The notes: generated by a model not told the origin, from the letters alone. DNA of 64,000 bases from Octopus sinensis (GCF_006345805.1 NC_043014.1:43834001-43898000), one strand, 5' to 3'; shown: positions 1-12,718, counted from the first letter of the stretch. Numbers and translations: made by a program.

Positions 1-452
1 AAATGCTGTTTATCAAATCTGGGCAATTCAATATAAATTCCTCTTTCCTAGAATACACTTACAGACTCTTTTACAGGTATACCTGTGTTTCCACCAAATT
101 ATATCCAACGTTACTTCATCACTGCCATCAGATTTCTGTGCATGTGTGTTGGCGAAATCATCATTTAACATCTACTTTTTCATGCCTGCATGGGTCAGGG
201 GCAATTTGTTCAGTGTCGTTTTCTACAGCCAGATGATGCCCTTGCTGTGTTACCAATCCTCACCTGTTTCCAAGCAAGGTAATAATATTTCCAATGACCA
301 GACCAGACTTGGTTTCTCATGGAAGACTGGAAATGAACTACCTCACCTGCATGACGATGATGATGTTTGTCGTGTGATGTCTAGGCGACAGCATACACAC
401 ACGCATATACACACACACACACGTATGTATATATGTGTGTATATATATATAA

Positions 453-755
453 ATGTGATCATGTGACCGACCAGACTATCAGATGTTGTTACACATCGCT
501 GGTCACAATGCGTTCGCATTGTTTTAGCCTTTGAATGATGCCACCCCGCTGGCTAAGCGAGCAGGCCAACAGAAGAAAGAGTGGGAGAAAGAGTGGTGAA
601 AGAGTACAGCAGGGATCACCACCCCCTGCCAGAGCCTCGTTGAGCTTTTAGGTGTTTTTGCTCAATAAACACACACAACACCCGGTCTGGGAATCGGAAC
701 CGCGATCCTGCGACCGCGAGTCCGCTGCCCTAACCACTAGGCCATTGCGCCTCCA
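453..755 (-). mobile_element. tRNA-derived SINE, family C head with tail type 1
   Basis: Minus-strand head TGGAGGCGCAATGGCCTAGTGGTTAG...GGTTCCGATTCC has Pol III A/B-box-like motifs. Head and core are shared with copies at 18264, 29441-30028, 41399 and 60299. Confidence 0.85.
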
Positions 756-787
756 CTATATATATATGAATGTATATATGTATATAT

Positions 788-990
788 ATGTGACCGCATG
801 TGTACCATTGGCGATTTTTTTTCCTCCGTCTTCCCCCCCCCCTTTGATCTTTCCTTTTTCTATGTTTCTGATGAAGAGATCCGCTCGAAATGTTCAATCC
901 TCATTCTTTCTTTCCTTTCCTGAGCGTCCAATAACACTATTCTTGTTCCACGTCCTCGCGTTGTCGTGTTTTCATGTTTGGATTAACTGT
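788..990 (+). mobile_element. Penelope-like pseudo-LTR fragment with degenerate hammerhead motif
   Basis: Near-identical to 40090-40265. Contains GTTT-CTGATGA-A-GAG(ATCCG)CTC-GAAA at 864-890. Confidence 0.6.
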
Positions 991-1460
991 GTATATATAT
1001 ATATATAAATATAATATATATGTGTATACATACATATATATATACATACATATATATATACATATATATATATATATGTGTGTGTGTATGTTTGTATGTG
1101 CATACATATATATATATATGTGTGTGTGTGTGTGTATGTTTGTGTGTGTGTAACACATACATGCATGTAACTGCTTTCTTCCGGTTTTTCTGCAATCATT
1201 TCCACTCACAAGGCTTTGGCTAACCTCGTTCTGTCTGACAGAAGATGCTTTTCCAAAGTGCCAAACAGTTAGATAGAACCTAAGACCACACAGCTGGGAA
1301 CCAAGCTTCTTAACCACCCAGCCATGCCTATATACATACATACATCATACATACATACATACATACATACATACATACATACTACATACACCATACATAC
1401 ATACACACATACATACATACATACATACACACATACACACACACACACACATATATACAT

Positions 1461-1519
<59 letters not shown>

Positions 1520-1531
1520 TACACAACATAT

Positions 1532-1580
<49 letters not shown>

Positions 1581-1600
1581 ATATATATATTCTATATATA
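990..1600. repeat. Compound (TA)n/(TG)n/(CATA)n microsatellites interrupted by a SINE head fragment
   Basis: Direct inspection; source of the IY/HT-repeat ORFs in the track. Confidence 0.95.
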
Positions 1601-1602
1601 TA

Positions 1603-2577
1603 TGGCACCTGTGTCGGTGGCACATAAAAAACCCATCCCAAGACCCGGCGACGTAGTCCAGTCCACCTGTGCATACCTTCCCTCTTATGACACTTGTGAA
1701 GACCTGTTGAGGCAGAGGCAAGTGTGTGACACTTTGTGAAGACCTGTTGAGGCAGAGGCAAGTGTGTGACACTTGTGGAGACCTGTTGAGGCAAGTGTGT
1801 GACACGCGTGACACTTGTGAAGACCTGTTGAGGCAAGTGAAATCAAACCAAATCAAAATAGATGAACATCAATGGAATTTGTTCTTTGGGTTCCAGTACC
1901 GGTGGCACCAAGAAAAACCATCCGATCGGCCGTTCGCCAGCCACATCTGCACCTGTGTCGGTGGCACATAAGACACACCATCCGAAGAAACCCGGCGACG
2001 TAGACAGTCCACCTATGCATACCTTCCTTCTTGTGACACTTGTGAAGACCTGTTGAGGCAATGAAAATCAAATCAAATCAAAACAATCAAAATAGATGAA
2101 CATAAATGGAATTTGTATCTTTGTGGTACCAGTGCCGGTGGCACACAAGAAAATCATCCGAACGTGGCCGTAGCCAGTACCGCATAGACTGGCCTCCGTG
2201 CTTGGGGACGTAACAAACACCATCCGATCGTGGCCGTCCGCCAGCCTCATCTGGCAACCTGTGTCGGTGGCACATAAAAACACCATCCGAGCGTGGCCGT
2301 CTGCCAGCCTGTCTGGCACCTGTGTCGGTGGCACATAAAAACACCATCCGAGCGTGGCCGTTCGCTAGCCTCGTCTGGCACCTGTGTCGGTGGCACATAA
2401 AATCACCCACTACACTCTCGGAGTGGTTGGCGTTAGGAAGGGCATCCAGCTGTAGAAACACTGCCAGATCTGACTGGCCTGGTGCAGCCTTCGGGCTTGC
2501 CAGACCCCAGTTGAACCGTCCAACCCATGCTAGCATGGAAAACGGACGCTAAATGATGATGATGATGATGATGATGA
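1603..2577 (+). mobile_element. 5'-truncated, internally duplicated RTE 3' UTR copy with (GAT)n tail
   Basis: Shares ACTTGTGAAGACCTGTTGAGGCAAG, the ~62-bp modules and the terminal CCATGCTAGCATGG...(GAT)n with the LINE at 54690-55325. Confidence 0.85.
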
Positions 2578-2584
2578 TATATAT

Positions 2585-2795
2585 AAGGCGAGCTGGCAGA
2601 AACGTTAGCACACCAGGCGAAATGCATAGCCGTATTTCGTCTGCCGTTACGTTCTGAGTTCAGATTCCGCTGAGGTCGACTTTGCCTTTCATCCTTTCAA
2701 GGGTCGATAAATTAAGTACCATGTAATTGACTTAATCCGTTTGTCTTGTCCTTGTTTGTCCCCTCTGTGTTTAGCCCCTTGTGGGTAGTAAATAA

Positions 2796-2797
<2 letters not shown>
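2585..2797 (+). mobile_element. SINE family B
   Basis: AGGCGAGCTGGCAGAAACGTTAG head, GTTCTGAGTTCA B-box-like motif, conserved CTTTGCCTTTCATCCTTT...GGTCGATAAATTAAGTACC core. Confidence 0.85.
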
Positions 2798-2859
<62 letters not shown>

Positions 2860-3029
2860 TCTAAAACAAGGAAACTGCTCCCTCTATCTCAACTTTACCC
2901 TTTCATCTTCTTTTCTATGTAGTTCTGGTTGGTACTTTTTTTTTTGTTGACCCTCAAGGGCAGAGATCCAGAATGATTACCACTAAGCAATCTAGCTGAT
3001 GACCAGCAACTTAGCTAATCATCTTCTTG

Positions 3030-3147
<118 letters not shown>

Positions 3148-3566
3148 GTAGCTTAATTTCATTTCATATGACTTTTTTTGGTAAATGGTGTTACTGTTTA
3201 GCTGTTCAGCTCTCTGTCACCCTGGTTTAAGCAAACATGTTGATCAAAATGTTCAACCCACATTTTTCTGTTGAGCATGGAGAATGTTTAATTACATTAA
3301 CTGTATGTTCTTTCCTTATTGAAGACACTGTATGATTTGAGGAAGATTTGGCTGCTAAATGTGCAGCATTCAGTTTCTCTTTTAGAATAAAGACACCTGC
3401 ATTAGCACATCATTTAACTCTGTTGATACCAACCCATCTGAGACCACCTTTGGTTCTATGTCAGAAATTTCCTGTTGTAAAATTATACAAATTGAAACGT
3501 TCTAACGAATTTCAGGTTAATTTATGTTCCAAATGTCAGTTTAATAATGACAAACTTTTGTTTTTT

Positions 3567-3937
3567 TAATTGTTTCAGTCATTTGACTGCGGCCATGCTG
3601 GAGCACCGCCTTTAATCGAGCAACTCAACCCCGGGATTTATTCTTTGTAAGCCCAGTACTTATTCTATCAGTCTATTTTGCCGAACCGCTAAGTGATTGG
3701 GACATAAACACACCAGCATCGGTTGTTAGGCAATGCTAGGGGTCAAACACAGACACATACATATAAATATATACATATATATGACGGGCTTCTTTCAGTT
3801 TCCGTCTACCAAATCCACTCACAAGGCTTTGGTCAGCCCGAGGCTATAGTAGAAGACACTTGCCCAAGATGCCACGCAGTGGGACTGAACCTGGAACCAT
3901 GTGGTTGGTTAGCAAGCTACTTACCACACAGCCACTC
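3567..3937 (-). mobile_element. SINE family A (tRNA head, CORE-like CCTTGGGCAAGTGTCTT segment)
   Basis: Minus-strand GAGTGGCTGTGTGGTAAGTAGC...GGTTCAGTCCC head and GCAGTCAAATGACTGAAACA tail. More than 15 full or partial copies in the window. Resembles the octopus tRNA-derived SINEs (OK/OR1/OR2 group); exact family unassigned. Confidence 0.85.
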
Positions 3938-4095
3938 GTTACTAATTTCTCTGTTTTTCATAGTTAACTGAAACAAAGGCAGTATTTTTCAGAAGAAATA
4001 TGGTAAGAAAAATGTTAAAGTTTTGCTCGAAACACAAGACTAATTATAGCATAGTGAGACACTTTTCTAAATCCGTCCAAATTCTTGGTTATTTT

Positions 4096-4495
4096 CATCA
4101 TCATCATCGTTTAGCATCTGCTTTCCATGCTGGCATGGGTTGGACGGTGCAACTGGGGTCTGGGAAGCCAGAAGGCTGTGCCAGGCCCAGTCTGATCTGG
4201 CAATGTTTCTACGACTGGATGCCCTTCCCACTCTGAGAGTGTAGTGGGTGCTTTTACGTGCCATCGGCACAGGTGCCAGACGAGGCTGACAAACAGCCAC
4301 GATCGGATGGTGCTTTTTACATGCCAGCGGCACAGAGGCCAGGCGGGGCTAGCAACGGCCACGATTGGATGGTGCTTTTTACGTGCCACTGGCACAGAGG
4401 CCAGTCAGGGCGGCGCTGGCAACGGCCACGTTCGGATGGTTCTCTTATGTGCCACTGGCACTGGTATCACAGCTACAATTTCCATTGATGTTAAT
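4096..4495 (-). mobile_element. 5'-truncated RTE 3' UTR copy
   Basis: (CAT)n tail at 4096 followed by the reverse complement of the LINE 3' UTR modules. Confidence 0.85.
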
Positions 4496-5214
4496 TAAAA
4501 TGTGTGGACGAGTATATTTCAAGAGACACTATATTGTAATGAAAGAGTTAACAAAGCACTCTTGCTTAAAATTTTGATGGAAGATTTTAATTTGAACTTG
4601 AACATTTTAAAGTGGGTGGTATTAAAGAATCAAAAGCGATCTTGAGTAGGTGTGGATTGGTTTCAGAAGGTTTAATCTTGGGCGGGAAGATTTTTGTTTT
4701 TCTTTCACTTTACATTTCAGAAAATAGAGATAAGAACCAATCTTCTAAATCCTTGTGTTTTCAGAAAAGTATTAGCTTTTAGCTACTCTGCAGTAAAACG
4801 TTGAAAATTAAAAGAGAAAAAGAAATATTAAATTAAAAATTATTGCATGTGATATTTTCTACATAAGTTTTGACATTTTTCCATGCAGGTGGAATGAAAG
4901 TGCAGAATAAATAGGCCAAGCCCAAGGAAAAATTTGGAAATGTCAAAATTTTATAACTAGTAAGAATATATTCTATTACTCAATTTCTTCAAACTAAAAT
5001 AATTTTGCAGAGAAATATTGTCAAAATTATAAAATGGTATCTGCGTTTATGTAGTTGGAGTTTTATTGCAGATAAGGATAGTGGTATGGGTGTGCAGTGG
5101 AGAGTTTGTAAGTTTGGCAATTCTATAGCAACGTGGAGTGAATATATAACATTTGTAGTTAGTGAGTTGTTTTTGTTGCAAATTTTGCAAATATAGGAGA
5201 TTGAATTTTCAGTT

Positions 5215-5740
5215 GTGTACTGACATATCCAGATGCTTACAGATATATCCAGATGTGTAAGGATATATCCAGATGCACAGATACATCCAGATATTTACAT
5301 CTATGTCCAGAAATCTACAGATATTTCCAGATGTGTACAAATATATCTAAATCTTCACAGATATATTCAGACATCTACAGATGTAACCAGATATCTTCAA
5401 ACCTGTCCAGACATGTGCAAATATATACAGATGTGTACAGTTAAATCCAGAATGTACACAAATATACCAGATGTGCACAGAGATATATCCAGATTTATGT
5501 AAATCTACATAGATATATATAGACATATCCAAATACAGATATAGCCAGGTGTGTAAGGATATATCCAGATGCACAGATACATCCAGATATTCACTGAAAT
5601 ATCCAGATGTACACAGATATATCCAAATGTGTACAGATAACTCCAGACGTTTAGATATATTCAGTTCTGCACAGACACATCCAGATGTACATGAATATAT
5701 TCAAATGTGTATGTTTACAGATATACCTTAATATATCCAT
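5215..5740. repeat. Degenerate ~18-20 bp minisatellite (ATATCCAGATGTACACAG-like)
   Basis: ATATCCAGAT and variants recur at about 20-bp spacing throughout. Confidence 0.85.
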
Positions 5741-6026
5741 ATCTACACTGGTGTATCCAGTGCTGGTACCACGTAAAAAAGCACCCAGTGCACTCTGTAA
5801 AGTGGTTGGCATTTGGAAGGGCATCCAACTGTAGAATCCAAACAAAAACAGACCATGTAACTTGGTATAGCCCCTGGCCTCACCAGCTTTTGTCAAGCCA
5901 TTCAAACCATGCCAGCACGGGAAATGGACATTAAATAATGATCATAATGATGATTGCTACCACCATCATACTAATATTTCCCCAAGATTACTATCACTGT
6001 ATCCCCATCACCACTAATATACTATA

Positions 6027-6420
6027 GGTGTAGGGGTGACTGTGTGGTAAGTAGCTTGCTTACCAACCACATGGTTCCGGGTTCAGTCCCACTGCATAGC
6101 ACCTTGGGCAAGTGTCTTCTACTATAGCCTCGGGCCGCCCAAAGCCTTGTGAGTGGATTTGGTAGATGGAAACTAAAAGAAGCCCGTCACATATACGTAT
6201 ATGTGTGTATATGCTTGTGTGTCTGTGTTTGTCCCCCCAACATCGCTTGACAACCGATGCTGGTGTGTTTACGTCCCTGCAGCTTAGCAGTTCGGCAAAA
6301 GAGACCGATAGAATAAATACTTGGCTTACAAAGAATAAGTCCTGGGGTCGATTTGCTCGACTAACTGCGGTGCTCCAGCATGGCCGCAGTCAAATGACTG
6401 AAACAAGTAAAAGAGTATCA
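6027..6420 (+). mobile_element. SINE family A, full length
   Basis: Head, core and tail all match the other family A copies. Confidence 0.85.
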
Positions 6421-6494
6421 AAACTACAACCGTCATTGTATTCACCCATCACCACTAATGTATACTCCAACCAGCACTGTACTATACCTATTTC

Positions 6495-6680
6495 TTTATT
6501 ACCCACAAGGCGCTAAACATAGAGGGGACAAACATCGACCCCAGTGCGTAACTAGTACTTAATTTATCAACCCCGAAAGGATGAAAGGCAAAGTCGACCT
6601 CGGCGGAATTTGAACTCACAACGTAACGACAGACGAAATACGGCTACGCATTTCGCCCGGCATGCTAATGTTTCTGCCGC
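6495..6680 (-). mobile_element. SINE family B
   Basis: Reverse complement of the family B core (GGATGAAAGGCAAAGTCGACCTCGGCGGAATTTGAACTC). Confidence 0.8.
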
Positions 6681-7104
6681 GCAGTACTATACCACACAAC
6701 TGTCCAATTGTCTTAAGCAATGAGTAAGCCTTTCTGTGATTGCTTGACCTGTTTGCAATAGCAGTCAAACATCCCTCAAATTACATCTTACCTTCTTAGA
6801 AAATGGCACTTGGTAATAAGGATGTCTTGAATTTCCTGTTCCTCAGCTGAAAAAAAAAAAAAGTCAGGATGATCATTGATATCATGGATTGGTTTGTCTA
6901 CTCAGTCAGAGTTGTCCTTGGGATAGTGAAAGTGCCTTCTATGCTGTCTCTCAACCTCTTACTAGAAATAGCAGCCAAAGCTCCCTGAAATCATACCTTG
7001 TTGTGCTTACAAAATAGTCAGGGTAGTAAGGATATAACTTCATGATCTTAGCTAGAGCATCTTCGATTTATAAACCTGCTCAATCAGGGTTAACTGTAAC
7101 TATT

Positions 7105-7174
7105 GCTGCTGCTGCTGCTACTACTACTACTACTACTACTACAGCTATTACTGCTACTACTACTACAACTACTG

Positions 7175-7211
<37 letters not shown>

Positions 7212-7262
7212 AACTATTACTGCTGCTACTACTACTACTACTACCACTGCTACTACTACTAT
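7105..7262. repeat. (ACT)n/(GCT)n trinucleotide tract
   Basis: Direct inspection. Confidence 0.95.
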
Positions 7263-7473
7263 ATTCTGTAGCCAATGCAATGACCATTCTTCATATACTG
7301 AACTGAAGAATTTTTTCTTTTTTTTTTTGACTGCTTGCAACCATATTATGTCATTAACCTGCCTGCCTTTTGAGTAAAGAGTGATGAAGGTGCTCTAAAT
7401 GTGTGTGTGTGTGTGTTTTATATAGAGGGGTAATTGTAAGGGAGACACCATGGCAAAGGTGGTCGAGTTAATT

Positions 7474-7504
<31 letters not shown>

Positions 7505-7899
7505 GCAGTAAGGATTGAAATAGTGGCCTACTTTCACCACATCCCTTTAAAAAAAAAAGAAGAAAAAAAAAATCATGCCGAAGACTATGGTAGGCAGAGA
7601 TGGCTGTGTGGTGGTGGTGGAGGTCATGGATAGAGTGTTCATGAATTATGTAACAGAATAACAGTAATTTCAATTTCTTGCCTCTTAAATCTATAGTCAT
7701 CCATCACTCTCCTCTTTTCTCCCTCCGTCACATATATACACGCACTGTCTCTCTCTCGCACACATACGCTCTGTCTCGCACGTGCATACGCGCCGTCTCG
7801 CACATTTATGTGCACCATCTCACATACACATGCCATCTTGCAAAACACATGCGCACCATCTTGCACATACAACACACAATTTCTCGTGCATATATGCAC

Positions 7900-8774
7900 T
7901 TTCTATCACATGCATACTCTCTCTGTCTCTCTCCCTCTGTCTATCTGCCCCTCTCTCTCTCTCTCTGTCTATCTGCCCCTCTCTTTCTCTCTCTCTGTCT
8001 GCCCCTCTCTCTCTCTCTCTCTCTCACGTGCCCATCTCACCTCTGTCTTCCCTCTTTAACTTTTCACTCTTCATCTCTTTTTTTTGCTTGTCCCCTTTTT
8101 TCCCCCACACATTTGACCCTCCCAACTCTCTCACACCTCTGTCTACCTTTCTCTCTGTCTCTTTCTCTCTCCTGTTTCTCTCCCCTCTCTCACCTTGTTT
8201 TCACATCTCTACCTCTCCTCCTCACATCTCCCTCTCTCACACACCTACCTATAACACCCTCCTTCCTATTTTTCACCCCCTCTTTTCCCTTTCTTGCACC
8301 TCTCTCTTTCACTCCTTTCTCACCTATTTCACATCCCTATCTCTACCCTCTTTCACATTTTCTTAAATTTTCCCCTCTGTTGCCTCTGGTCCCACCCCAC
8401 CCCCACCCCCACACATTTCACACACACCCCACTCCCATCCGACCCCACACCCCCCTTACCCACCTGCAAACCATCATCCACTGTTTAAAAAGTGACAATG
8501 AACCACCATAAGGGCTGCACTACACAAACAGGGTTATCTCATACTGAACCCTGTAAAGCTGCCAAACAAAGTATTTATCAAATTCTTCACCTTAAAACCC
8601 TTTCCTCCCAAACACACACACACACACTCACATCCAGTTCCTTACTCTCCCCTCATATACAGTACACACTCCTTATTTCTAATTCGTCACTTTGGTACTC
8701 CTTCCTCTCCCATGAGGCGAGTGGCACTATGTTGGCACTCAGGTGTGATTGTGCCAACCCTCTTTGAGTTTCTT

Positions 8775-8832
<58 letters not shown>

Positions 8833-9864
8833 ATTCAGTGTTTAATTTCTCTTGTCAAATGTACACACACACACATGCACACTGGTATTTATGTACATGT
8901 GCACGCACAGTCATCATCATCATCATCATTATAAATGTATATAGTACACTCACAGTAAAGTACACAAATGAAGATTTTTCATTAAAATACATGCAAATAC
9001 ATTCAGGTATACACATGCCATCACTTTCTCTCTCTCCTCTCTCTCTCATTCCTTTCTCCTATCTATCTATATCTCTCATCCCTTTCTCCTATCTCTCTCT
9101 CTCATCCTTTTCTCCTATCTCTCTCTCTCTCTTCCTTTTCTCCTATCTATCTCTCTCTCTCATCCCTTTCTCCTATCTATCTCTCTCTCTCATCCTTTTC
9201 TCCTATCTCCCTCTCCCTCATCCCTTTCTACTATCTATCTATATCTCTCATCCCTTTCTCCTATCTCTCTCTCTCTCATCCTTTTCTCCTATCTCTCTCT
9301 CTCTCCCTTTTCTCCTATCTATCTCTCTCTCTCATCCTTTTCTCCTATCTCTCTCTCTCTCATCCTTTTCTCCTATCTCTCTCTCTCTCTTCCTTTTCTC
9401 CTATCTATCTCTCTCTCTCGTCCTTTTCTCCTATCTCCCTCTCCCTCATCCCTTTCTACTATCTATCTCTCTCTCTCATCCCTTTCTCCTATCTCTCTCT
9501 CTCATCCCTTTCTCTTATCTCTCTCTCTCATCCCTTTCTCCTATCTCTCTCTCTCCCTCTTTGTTCTCCTACCTCTCTCCTATCTCTTTCCTTCTCATCT
9601 TTCTTATCTTCCTCCTATCTCTTTCTCTCTTTTATCACTCACTCCTATCTCTTTCTCCCCCTCTCTATCTTGCTCTTATCTTTTTCCTTCTATCTCTCTT
9701 TCCTATCTCTCTACCTCTCTCTCTCCCCTCCCTCCACCACCTTGCTCTCTCCCCCCTCTCTCCTCCCCCAGCTTGCTCTCTCTCTCTCTCTTTCTCATAC
9801 ACGAATACCGAAACCTTAATCCATGTCCAGTTTCCATTTCATTCTCAAACTCATGTCCATTTGC

Positions 9865-9933
<69 letters not shown>

Positions 9934-10551
9934 CCACCCTCTCTCACTCTTTTTCTCACACATACCTACATATGCACAAATATCTGTACACACACACACA
10001 TGCATTCATAGGTACATACACACATAAACACACACATGGCCCTCCTTACCTATACAGAAAAATGCCTAGTTTGCACACCGCGTGTTACATTGGCAAATGC
10101 GTTTACACACTTTGCAAATGCTGTAAATTTACACACAGCTACACACCAACACATTATTTTGCCTTTCTCTCTCACGCATCTACTTAAAACCCATACTGTG
10201 TGTGGCATACACAACCTCATACAACACATTATATGGTCACACATACACATACGTACACAGTTCTTCCTTTACACAAACTCTCTCTCTCTTTCTCTTCCAT
10301 CTCTTTCTTTTTCTTCCATCTCTGTCTCTCTTACCCTCTTTCTCTCTCTCTCTTACCCTCTTTCTCTCTCTCTCTTTCCCTCTTTCTCTCTCTCTCTCTC
10401 TTTCCCTCTTTCTCTCTCTTGCTTTCCCTCTTTCTCTCTCTCTCTTTCTCTCTCTCTCTTTCCCTCTTTCTCTTTCCCTCTTTCTCTCTCTCTTTCCCTC
10501 TCTCTCTCTCTTTCTCTCTCTCTTTCCCTCTTTCTCTCTCTCCTCTCTTTC

Positions 10552-10591
<40 letters not shown>

Positions 10592-10834
10592 CTCCCTCTC
10601 TCTCAAACTCACACAGAGCACTAGTAAAAAGATCTCCATGAGACTTTTGCCCTCATATTGCAAACACTTAGAATTGACCAGAAGCCTGGAATTACCAAAC
10701 CATTCTGACAACTCTGCAATAAACTCAAAATATCTGTTGTTAACATTTGGGTTTTTGTATGTTTTTTTTTTATTTATTGTAGCTCCCTCCCTCCCCCTCT
10801 CTCTCTCTCTCCTCTCTTTCTTCATATCTCTCTC

Positions 10835-10870
<36 letters not shown>
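7900..10870. repeat. Extended polypyrimidine low-complexity region, including a ~28-30 bp CTCTCATCCTTTTCTCCTATCT minisatellite (about 9025-9560)
   Basis: Direct inspection; explains the long S/L/F/P-only ORFs. Confidence 0.9.
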
Positions 10871-10876
<6 letters not shown>

Positions 10877-11232
10877 AATTGCTTTCACTGCTAATAACTT
10901 TTAATGGACACCTCCAGTGTCTATTATATAAATGCTGCCTTTGTTCACTGTGATTTTTCTGCTCTTTCTAACCCCCTCCCCCCCCCCGCCAATTCCCCCC
11001 TCTCTCTCGCTTTTACAATACAGCCCCCCCTCAACCCCCACTCCTCTCTTTTTTACAATACAACTCCCCCCCCACCTCTACACCTCAATCTGCTACAATA
11101 AACCATTGTTACCTCAGATTTCTCTTATGTTCAACCTCTGGTGTCTATCAAATTGATTACATATCCTATGGAATTTTCTTCAGTTTTTTTTTTCTTTTTT
11201 TTAATTTTATTTTGTTGTTGTCATTATTATTA

Positions 11233-11269
<37 letters not shown>

Positions 11270-11654
11270 GTTTTTGTTTTTTTTGGTTTATTTCGTTTTG
11301 CTACTTTTAACGAGAACTCGATTATAGATTCTATTCGATGTTTCGGCTTTCTGTTTTTCCTAATGGACTTTTGTTGTGCGCATCGGTGTATATTTTAATG
11401 GTTCGCGAGAAAGATGGAAAGGGGGGCGGGGTAGGAGATGGGGGTGGGGGCTCCGTGGCGGTGGGCAGTCGGACGGACGGACGGACATACTGTAGCAAGC
11501 AGTTATAGAGGTCACTCCATGCAGGTTTTGAATTTGAAGCCTGCTGTGGTCAACTGCATCTTTGCTTTTCTTCCTCATCAACCCCATGCCACAACACAGG
11601 CATTATTATCATCATTATTATTATTATTATTATTGTTATTATAATTATTATTGG

Positions 11655-12011
11655 TTTTTCTTCTTCTTCTTTCAAATTTGCTTCTATTTCTTGCCGAGTG
11701 TCTTCCCGACTCCTAGGGCAAAGAAACTCATAGTATACATTGGTAGGCCATTAAACTAAACTCACTAGTTCGTTCATTTTTTTTTTTTTTCATAGAAATA
11801 AAGTTAAATTAAAATACATGGGTAGTAATAGTTCTCACTTCAACAATGCTCTTCTCAATATGTGTGATGTACCAGTTAAGACAATCTTTTGCACTTCTTG
11901 CAGGGATGGTAAGCCAGGGATCAGTCTCATATAATTTTCGGTTCCCTTCTTGATCATTCCTAGTGCTCCTACGATCACTGGTATTGTAACCGCCTTGAGA
12001 TGCCACATTTT
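11655..12011 (-). mobile_element. 5'-truncated R4/Dong-type non-LTR retrotransposon (C-terminus plus 3' UTR) in a (TAA)n tract
   Basis: Minus-strand MWHLKAVTIPVIVGALGMIKKGTENYMRLIPGLPSLQEVQKIVLTGTSHILRRALLK* resembles the C-terminus of RLE-type R4-clade ORFs. Flanked by (AAT)n on both sides. Confidence 0.8.
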
Positions 12012-12117
12012 ATTATTATTGTTATTGTTATTGTTATTGTTATTGTTATTATTATTATTATTGTTATTATTATTATTATTATTATTATTGTTATTGTTAT
12101 TATTGTTATTATTATTA

Positions 12118-12330
12118 AAGCAGTGAGCTGGAAGAACCATTAGTGCGCTAGACGAAATGCTTAGTGGTATTTCAACCATCGCTACATTCTGAGTTCAAAT
12201 TCCGCTGAGGTCAACTTTGCCTTTCATCTTTTCGGCGTTGATAAATTAAGTACCAGTGAAACACTGCGGTTGATGTAATCAACTTATCCCCTCCCCAAAA
12301 TAGCTGCCCTTGTGACAAAATTTGAAACTA
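12118..12330 (+). mobile_element. SINE family B
   Basis: Family B head and core. Confidence 0.8.
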
Positions 12331-12345
12331 TTATTATTATCATTA

Positions 12346-12380
<35 letters not shown>

Positions 12381-12381
<1 letters not shown>

Positions 12382-12510
12382 TATGTTTGACTTTTGCTTT
12401 ACAAGTTGGCTCCAAGTCTCACCCAGAGACCTCAAGAGACAACAAGTTGGAAGTTCATGTTGGTGTTATGCCTAGGGTGCCATATATTTAGTTTTGTACT
12501 TAGTATTGTA
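12381..12510 (-). mobile_element. 3' UTR fragment of an R4/Dong-like element with (TAA)n tail
   Basis: CCAAGTCTCACCCAG is shared with 46917-46930, which lies downstream of an R4-like C-terminus. Abuts (ATT)n. Confidence 0.55.
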
Positions 12511-12622
12511 CTAGTGAATGTTTAAGAAACCATAAGAAAATTATGTTTGTTTTAAAACTTGAGATTACAAAGAAAGTATTTTGCGTAGGATATAAGCAGT
12601 TCCCATGAACACTATAATAATG

Positions 12623-12656
<34 letters not shown>

Positions 12657-12670
12657 TAATAATAATAATA

Positions 12671-12718
<48 letters not shown>

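Noticed and set aside
1690-1840. CRISPR-like direct repeats ACTTGTGAAGACCTGTTGAGGCA(AG), also at 54765-54930
   Set aside because: Intervening sequences are short, variable in length and non-unique. The repeats are part of the RTE 3' UTR in a eukaryotic context, and there are no cas genes.
8712-10904. Long ORFs (491, 234 and 201 aa) rich in S/L/F/P
   Set aside because: Translations of CT-rich repeats that lack stop codons by composition.
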